Source: an uncultured Candidatus Saccharibacteria bacterium
Lineage (GTDB): Bacteria > Patescibacteriota > Doudnabacteria > UBA920
DNA: 64,000 nucleotides
Assembly: GCA_964556325.1 (NCBI GenBank)
Contig: CAZKVS010000002.1
Location: forward strand, 13,599 to 77,598
Direction: 5' to 3'
How positions within the stretch are numbered: the stretch's first letter is position 1; every line of letters begins with the position of its first letter. Of this stretch, positions 58,392-64,000 are shown in pieces. The notes beneath the pieces are model-generated. The model worked only from the letters and a program-made list of their open reading frames with translations. It ran no database searches and was not told where the DNA came from. Position numbers and translations under genes: made by a program.

Positions 58392-59465
58392 ATGTCATTT
58401 CAAATCGGCATTGTGGGCCTGCCAAATGTAGGTAAATCCACCCTATTTAACGCCATCACTAAGAGTAAAGTCGAGGCGGCGAACTACCCATTTGCGACTA
58501 TAGACCCAAATGTGGGCGTAGTAGCCGTGCCCGACACGCGACTAGATAAACTGGCAGAACTAGAAAGTAGCGAGAAAGTTGTTCCTACGAGCATTGAGTT
58601 TGTAGACATTGCCGGATTAGTTTCCGGTGCACATAAGGGCGAAGGCTTGGGTAACCAGTTCCTCTCCCACATCCGCGAAGTAGACGCCATTATGGAAGTG
58701 GTTCGTGTGTTTGAAAATGACGACATTATTCACGTGGCCGGGAAAGTAGACCCGGTGAGCGACATGGAAACTATTGCCATAGAGCTCCAACTGGCCGACT
58801 TACAAACGGTAGATAAACGTTTGGAGTCTGTAGCCAAGCAAGCCAAAAGTGGCGACCGAGAATTTATAGTAAAAAAACAAGTGTTAGATAAATACAAAGC
58901 AGCGCTAGAAGCCGGCCATATGGCCAACACGGTAGAGCTGACCGACGAAGAAAAAACTCACAGTAAAGACATTCAACTCCTTACTAGCAAACCTTTCTTG
59001 TACGTTGCCAATTCTGAGTTTGATATAACTAATAAGTCTTATAAGGCATATACGACCAATAGGACGGATATGATTCCAATTGATGCAAAAATTGAAAGCG
59101 AACTTTCGGAACTATCAGACGAAGAACGAACCGAATACCTAACGGAGCTCGGATTGCCAGAAAGTGGATTGGATAAAATTATTCACGCCGCTTACAAGAC
59201 TCTGGGTCTTATCACCTTCATTACCGCCGGACCAAAGGAGAGCAAAGCATGGACCTGCACTGCGGGCAGCAAAGCCCCTCAAGCTGCAGGAAAAATTCAC
59301 ACTGACTTTGAACGCGGGTTCATCCGTGCAGAAGTTATCCAGTGGGACAAACTCCTAGAAGCCAACGGCTACGTGGGCGCTAAAGAAAAAGGCTGGCTCC
59401 GCGTAGAAGGAAAAGAGTATGTTGTCCAAGACGGCGACGTAGTTCATTTCCGGTTCAATGTGTAA
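58392..59465 (+). CDS. ychF: Redox-regulated ATPase YchF
   Basis: GLPNVGKST, ANYPFATIDPN, DIAGLV.GA..GEGLGN.FL, TGS tail. Confidence 0.98.
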   Translation: MSFQIGIVGLPNVGKSTLFNAITKSKVEAANYPFATIDPNVGVVAVPDTRLDKLAELESSEKVVPTSIEFVDIAGLVSGAHKGEGLGNQFLSHIREVDAIMEVVRVFENDDIIHVAGKVDPVSDMETIAIELQLADLQTVDKRLESVAKQAKSGDREFIVKKQVLDKYKAALEAGHMANTVELTDEEKTHSKDIQLLTSKPFLYVANSEFDITNKSYKAYTTNRTDMIPIDAKIESELSELSDEERTEYLTELGLPESGLDKIIHAAYKTLGLITFITAGPKESKAWTCTAGSKAPQAAGKIHTDFERGFIRAEVIQWDKLLEANGYVGAKEKGWLRVEGKEYVVQDGDVVHFRFNV

Positions 59466-59534
59466 GAACATTGTGTCAATATAAAAACGGCGTGGGTTGA
59501 ATCAGTCTCAACCCCCGCCGTTTTCGTTTTCGCG

Positions 59535-59885
59535 CTAAAGACCAGGTCCGCCATCAGAACGGGCGGCAAGAACTTTCTTTACCGATGCGTTATTTGGGGC
59601 GAGATAGGTAGCCACCTCGCTAGCCTCTCCACTGCACTGATCGCAGTAGAGAAAAGTTCCGGTTTTGTCCGTTTCAAACTCCTTTTTGAAATGATGATCA
59701 GCCGGCAGCACCAGCTGAGGACCATCGGAAAGTTTCAAAATGACTTGTCCGGTCGCCGACGTAGACTCGTAAGTCCACGTAGTTTTCGACGAGACGTAGC
59801 TGCGCGCGCTGAGGGAGGCAGCGCGGGCATTACATCCAGCCACGAACAACAAACAAAAGCAAAATAGTGGCAATAGCTTGCGCAT
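59535..59885 (-). CDS. Hypothetical lipoprotein
   Basis: VAG|C lipobox; GGGGGA SD; TGGACA-17-TATAAT upstream. Confidence 0.65.
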   Translation of the reverse strand: MRKLLPLFCFCLLFVAGCNARAASLSARSYVSSKTTWTYESTSATGQVILKLSDGPQLVLPADHHFKKEFETDKTGTFLYCDQCSGEASEVATYLAPNNASVKKVLAARSDGGPGL

Positions 59886-60176
59886 GATAAGTGTCCCCCG
59901 TAAGGTTGGAAAGGTTTGGTTGATGTTATATCCCAGCTGGAACCAGGATGCAATCTCGGCGAAATCCGAGAATGTAAATTATAACATATATTTTAAGTTA
60001 TGTCCATGCTCAAAAACATGGACAAATGGGGTGGGTTCTGGTAAAATAGTAACAACTTGCCGGAAATAAGCGGTTTCCGGTGAACAACTAAATATTTAAC
60101 CATATTTTCTACTTTGATTTGCGGGTGCGCTTTAGCCATCCAAGAAAAGATAGGTAGAAATGAAAGGAAAGCTTTC

Positions 60177-60716
60177 ATGCCGCGATATGAGTTGTGCTAC
60201 ATCCTCGCCGCCGGAGTCAGCGATGACCAGGTCCCCGAGGTAGCCACCCAAATTCAGAAGTTTATCACCGACTTCGGTGGTACCGATATCCAAGAAGAAC
60301 TCTTGGGTAAAAAGAAACTTGCCTACCCTATTAAGAAAACCCGTAACGGTTTTTATGTGGTAGAAACCTTTACCATGCCTGCGAATAAAATAAACGACTT
60401 GGAAGCAAAGGTTCGCTCCCAAACCGCAACGGTTATTCGTCACCTTATCATAAACGTAGACGAACACTTGGTTCGCAGCGAAAAAGACAAAGTTGCTCAG
60501 AGCAAACTGACCAAGCAAGCACCTGAAGGTGAGCAAGACCAACCGCAGGCCCCACGTCCTGCCCCAGCCGCTGCGCCGGTTGCGCGACCTGAACCAGTTC
60601 CAACACCTAAAGTGGAACCAGTAAAAGATGAAGTAAAAGAAATTGCCAAAGAGCTTTCCACCGAAGAGTTGGACAAGCAGATTGAAGCTGCGTTGTCCGA
60701 TGATCTTATTAAGTAA
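60177..60716 (+). CDS. rpsF: 30S ribosomal protein S6 with long C-terminal extension
   Basis: RYEL..I, GKKKLAYPIKK...GFY, VIRHLI. Confidence 0.95.
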   Translation: MPRYELCYILAAGVSDDQVPEVATQIQKFITDFGGTDIQEELLGKKKLAYPIKKTRNGFYVVETFTMPANKINDLEAKVRSQTATVIRHLIINVDEHLVRSEKDKVAQSKLTKQAPEGEQDQPQAPRPAPAAAPVARPEPVPTPKVEPVKDEVKEIAKELSTEELDKQIEAALSDDLIK

Positions 60717-60790
60717 TTGATCAAAATTAAGTAAAATTGACCATAATTGTCCATAATTTAAATGGCAATTTTGAACAATTTTGAACAATT
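60715..60790. repeat. Inverted AATT 10-mer array, copy 1
   Basis: aattgatcaa aattaagtaa aattgaccat aattgtccat ... aattttgaac aattttgaac aatt. Confidence 0.9.
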
Positions 60791-60806
60791 AATTAAATTA
60801 AAATCT

Positions 60807-61280
60807 ATGGATTTAAACAAAGTCATGATTATTGGCCGGCTCACGCGAGACCCGGAACTTCGCTCTACACCAAACGGCGCGAGTGTGTGTCAGCTTTCTC
60901 TTGCTACCAATTACGTATACACCAACCCACAAACCAGTCAAAAGGTAGAACAGGTTGAATATCACAACGTAGTACTCTGGCGAAAGTTGGCGGAGATTGC
61001 TAGCCAATACTTGAAAAAAGGCCGACGTGTATACATTGAAGGCCGCTTACAAACCCGAAGCTGGGATGGCCAGGACGGTAAGAAAAACTACCGCACGGAA
61101 ATTATTGCCGACAACATGATTATGTTAGACGGCGGTACTCCAGGTGCCACGAGCGGAAGCGCACCGTTTGCTAAACCAGCCGGCCCCGCACAAGAAGGCG
61201 GCGACCAGTCCATTGTGGACGAAGAGTTCCCTACCATCCAAGCCGAAGAAAACATTAAAGTAGAAGATATACCTTTTTAA
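60807..61280 (+). CDS. ssb: Single-stranded DNA-binding protein
   Basis: LNKVMIIGRLTRDPELR, YIEGRLQTRSW, C-terminal DIPF. Confidence 0.98.
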   Translation: MDLNKVMIIGRLTRDPELRSTPNGASVCQLSLATNYVYTNPQTSQKVEQVEYHNVVLWRKLAEIASQYLKKGRRVYIEGRLQTRSWDGQDGKKNYRTEIIADNMIMLDGGTPGATSGSAPFAKPAGPAQEGGDQSIVDEEFPTIQAEENIKVEDIPF

Positions 61281-61365
61281 TTGACCAAAATTAAATAAAA
61301 TTGTACACAATTGTCCATAATTTAGAATGGCAATTTTGAACAATTATGGTCAATTCTGATCAATT
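61279..61365. repeat. Inverted AATT 10-mer array, copy 2
   Basis: 87 bp identical to 61621-61707. Confidence 0.95.
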
Positions 61366-61377
61366 TTAAATTATTTT

Positions 61378-61617
61378 ATGAGACCTCAACAACGCGACAG
61401 AGACATCCCAATGGTAAAGAAGAATTGCTACTTCTGCACCAACAAAATTACCACGGTAGACTACAAAGACGGCCAGACCCTTCGCCGCTTTATGTCCCCC
61501 CATGCCAAAATCATGTCTAACAAAAAGACTGGCAGCTGCCCAAAGCACCAGCGCATGATTACTTTGGCACTCAAGCGAGCTCGCCATATGGCATTGTTGC
61601 CATTCGTAGCCGCCTAG
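61378..61617 (+). CDS. rpsR: 30S ribosomal protein S18 (C+ form)
   Basis: CYFC...VDYKD...TGSCPKHQR...KRAR.MALLPF. Confidence 0.97.
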   Translation: MRPQQRDRDIPMVKKNCYFCTNKITTVDYKDGQTLRRFMSPHAKIMSNKKTGSCPKHQRMITLALKRARHMALLPFVAA

Positions 61618-61620
61618 GCT

Positions 61621-61707
61621 AATTGACCAAAATTAAATAAAATTGTACACAATTGTCCATAATTTAGAATGGCAATTTTGAACAATTATGGTCAATTCTG
61701 ATCAATT
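61621..61707. repeat. Inverted AATT 10-mer array, copy 3
   Basis: 87 bp identical to 61279-61365. Confidence 0.95.
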
Positions 61708-61721
61708 ATGTAAATTGATTT

Positions 61722-62276
61722 ATGGATTTAAACGACATGAAAGTAGGGACCATTATCCTGTACAACGGCGAGCCGTTTCAGGTTATATGGTCCAACCGCA
61801 TGCGCACCGCGCAAAGAAAGCCGGTCATGCAAACCAAGCTCCGCAACGTGATTACCGGTAAGGTAATGGAGTATAGCTTCAAGTTTGGCGAGCGAATAGA
61901 TGAAGCAGACGTGTCCCGCGAAAAGGCGAACTTCTTGTACGCAGACGATGACGGCACACACTTCATGAGCAACGAGACTTTTGAGCCAATTGACTTCAAC
62001 AAAGAAGTTACCGCTGAACAGGAACCATATTTGAAAGAAGGCTTAGAAGTTTCCGTGCTCCGCTTTAACAGCCAACCTGTATCCATTGAACTACCTATTA
62101 AAGTAGACTACAAAGTTGCCGATGCCCCTCCGGGCATTCGTGGTGACTCAGGCGGCGGCGTTACTAAAAAAGTCACTCTGGACACTGGTCTAGTTATAGA
62201 CGCTCCCCTGTTCATAAAAGAAGGTGAAATAGTTCGCGTAGACACCCGCACAGGTGAATATGTAGAACGCGCGTAG
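61722..62276 (+). CDS. efp: Elongation factor P
   Basis: FLYAD, PGIRGDS, PLFIKEGE...VDTRTGEYVER. Confidence 0.95.
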   Translation: MDLNDMKVGTIILYNGEPFQVIWSNRMRTAQRKPVMQTKLRNVITGKVMEYSFKFGERIDEADVSREKANFLYADDDGTHFMSNETFEPIDFNKEVTAEQEPYLKEGLEVSVLRFNSQPVSIELPIKVDYKVADAPPGIRGDSGGGVTKKVTLDTGLVIDAPLFIKEGEIVRVDTRTGEYVERA

Positions 62277-62316
62277 AATAGCTTACAGGTTTTAGCTACT
62301 AGCTTTCAGCCAATAC

Positions 62317-62343
62317 AAAAAGACTGCCACTCGGCAGTCTTTT
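62317..62343 (+). terminator. Terminator after efp
   Basis: aaaagactgcc-actc-ggcagtctttt. Confidence 0.8.
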
Positions 62344-62488
62344 CTCTTCTCCCTCCCCTTTCTAAGGGGAGGCTAGGTGGGGTGAAGTTGTCCAAAACAA
62401 AAAGACGTGTCTTGCTGATACTGTGGGTATGAATCCACAACATCAGCAAGCTCACGTCTTTTTGATTATCGAGAAGGCATCGCAGCTT

Positions 62489-63352
62489 TCACTGCGGGTA
62501 ACCGGGACCCGTGCCGTTGTAAAACTCCATACAACGGTCACAGGTAAACGAAAAACCGGTATCCAAGTCTTTCAAAACCACGCTCGAGCGATATAGATTG
62601 CTCGGGCCGACTGAAACTCGGTTCAAATAATCGGAGACATAGAGTTCCCCGTCAGACACGGTGGAATTTTCTTGTACGACATCGTTACCTCCGTAAAAAA
62701 ACAACGCGCTGTATCTGTGGCGTAATGTTTCATCTCCCACAACCTTCAGGGTCGCCACCGGAAAACCCACGGGATGAATGCCGCCCTGACCCGACTTGAT
62801 ACGCGGGCCGGTTTCGCGCTGAGGCGCGGCCGCATACTCATGGTAAAACTTGCTGCCGGCAAAACCAATTGGTATAAGTTGGGCATCGTATAACGTGACT
62901 AAAGCTTGCCATTCACCGAGCGAATAGCTTTCTGGAAGAGGCCCGCGGAACATCTCTTGATTAACCCGCTTAAAGATGCCACTTGGAAAGAACTTAAGCG
63001 TCACCTGTTTAATTGCCCCGCCATAAACGAATACGATGGTTGCCCACCGCACGCTTGGATATATGTCCGTGGCATAAGCTGAAAGCGTCATCGTCTGACC
63101 TGCCGGCGTATAACCCGCAGTGTGAACGATCAACTTGTCCATCAGCGGTACGGTTGAATACCCCTGCTGGACCATTGCCAGCGCTTGCTCTTTGGCCGTA
63201 ACCATCAAGGCCTGCGCTTTAGTAACAACTTCGATTTCAGGTTGTTGCCGTTCCTGCCCAAGCGTATTTGAACACCAAGCCATTAACGCGATAGCCAAAG
63301 CTAACAAAAAACATACAAGTGCGCCCCTACGCGCCGCTCTTTTGGTCAACAT
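62489..63352 (-). CDS. Hypothetical secreted protein
   Basis: TAGGAG SD, signal peptide, long extended hairpin downstream. Confidence 0.7.
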   Translation of the reverse strand: MLTKRAARRGALVCFLLALAIALMAWCSNTLGQERQQPEIEVVTKAQALMVTAKEQALAMVQQGYSTVPLMDKLIVHTAGYTPAGQTMTLSAYATDIYPSVRWATIVFVYGGAIKQVTLKFFPSGIFKRVNQEMFRGPLPESYSLGEWQALVTLYDAQLIPIGFAGSKFYHEYAAAPQRETGPRIKSGQGGIHPVGFPVATLKVVGDETLRHRYSALFFYGGNDVVQENSTVSDGELYVSDYLNRVSVGPSNLYRSSVVLKDLDTGFSFTCDRCMEFYNGTGPGYPQ

Positions 63353-63852
63353 GGTTCTCTCCTATGGATGTAGCGTCATTGCGAACGCCGAGTTTGATTT
63401 TAATGTAGAAGCGTAAAGATCATTTAAAGCACGTAGATACTTTATAGACCGTTAACTTCCTGACTGAGACACATGGAAAGGTGGAAGCAAAGTACAAACA
63501 TAAATAGCTTTTACCTTTTTCCCACCTTTCATATAATCAAACTAAAGCCAAAAAGAAACCCATCTGAAATTAAACCTTCTCTAAAATATATCCCCCTGAC
63601 AAAAATGTATGTAAAAGTGCAGAACAAAAACTTGCTTTTAGGCTAGCTTTTGGCATTTTGTCCCCAACTTTTAACAATTGGCGGAACTGCATACAGTAAC
63701 ATAAAACTAATTATATGTCAATATAACGCAAACGGCACAGACTACTAGTTTGATGAGTTATACAAACCCCATAAAACTAGCACCCTGTGCCGACTTGGTT
63801 AGAGAGAAAAGTTATAGCCGATACCTATCGGCAAAAGTTCTGAAAAGCAGCT

Positions 63853-64000
63853 TTACGGCCGATTCACACCCATGGCGGTTATGGACGGCAAACGCTGGCC
63901 ATTCTTGATGGGAATTATGTCAAAGCGAGTGTACCCCGCTGGCGGCACGAACACAAATCTTTCAACTTCGCCACCAGGTTTAATTTTTCCAATTTCCCAC
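63853..64000 (-). CDS. C-terminal end of a hypothetical protein (partial)
   Basis: Open frame ...WEIGKIKPGGEVERFVFVPPAGYTRFDIIPIKNGQRLPSITAMGVNRP* running off the right edge. Confidence 0.5.
   Translation of the reverse strand, partial: WEIGKIKPGGEVERFVFVPPAGYTRFDIIPIKNGQRLPSITAMGVNRP

Noticed and set aside
60715-61707. CRISPR or TIGR-like array
   Set aside because: The repeats are 76-87 bp, separated by whole genes rather than short spacers, and no Cas or Nop-domain gene was recognised.
1-64000. Recoded genetic code (TGA=Gly, as in Gracilibacteria/Absconditabacteria)
   Set aside because: Long housekeeping genes translate to full length under code 11 without internal TGA.

Overview
A 64-kb stretch of core chromosome from a small-genome bacterium, most likely Patescibacteria/CPR. 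The lineage is inferred from gene content and order, the PaaX/Cas2-like gene and the non-canonical EF-P loop; the genetic code is the standard code 11. Housekeeping content: nrdJ (partial)-nrdR with tandem NrdR boxes; ftsZ-ftsA; yqeY-rpsU-HIT-hisS-like-lepB; LCP, der, pth, dprA, capA-like, topA; a type IV pilin; hrcA-grpE-dnaK-dnaJ with CIRCE; thioredoxin/DipZ; uvrA, uvrC, secG, rnj, trpS, pgm, ychF; rpsF-ssb-rpsR-efp; and tRNA-Val(CAC), -Lys(TTT) and -Leu(CAG). The unusual signal is a dense layer of very small repeat elements, some next to candidate cognate small proteins. (1) A wHTH-Cas2-like gene is bracketed by two loop-less perfect palindromes (40 and 38 bp) sharing the core TGACGGCCGTCA. 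(2) A GIY-YIG gene sits among three tRNA-Lys-derived units, two of which have a GC palindrome substituted at the same position; tRNA-Leu shows the same damage and tRNA-Val a weaker version. (3) A four-helix-bundle gene is bracketed by inverted 9-mer arrays, and about 20 'empty' 7/9/10-mer arrays occupy gene junctions and sit in frame inside uvrC, der, ychF and a methyltransferase. Other observations: a promoter-to-terminator structured ncRNA candidate next to dprA, a catalytically degenerate HisRS-like protein, a two-gene cassette bounded by a duplicated terminator, and several unannotated microproteins. All calls come from reading the sequence by eye; no searches were run.
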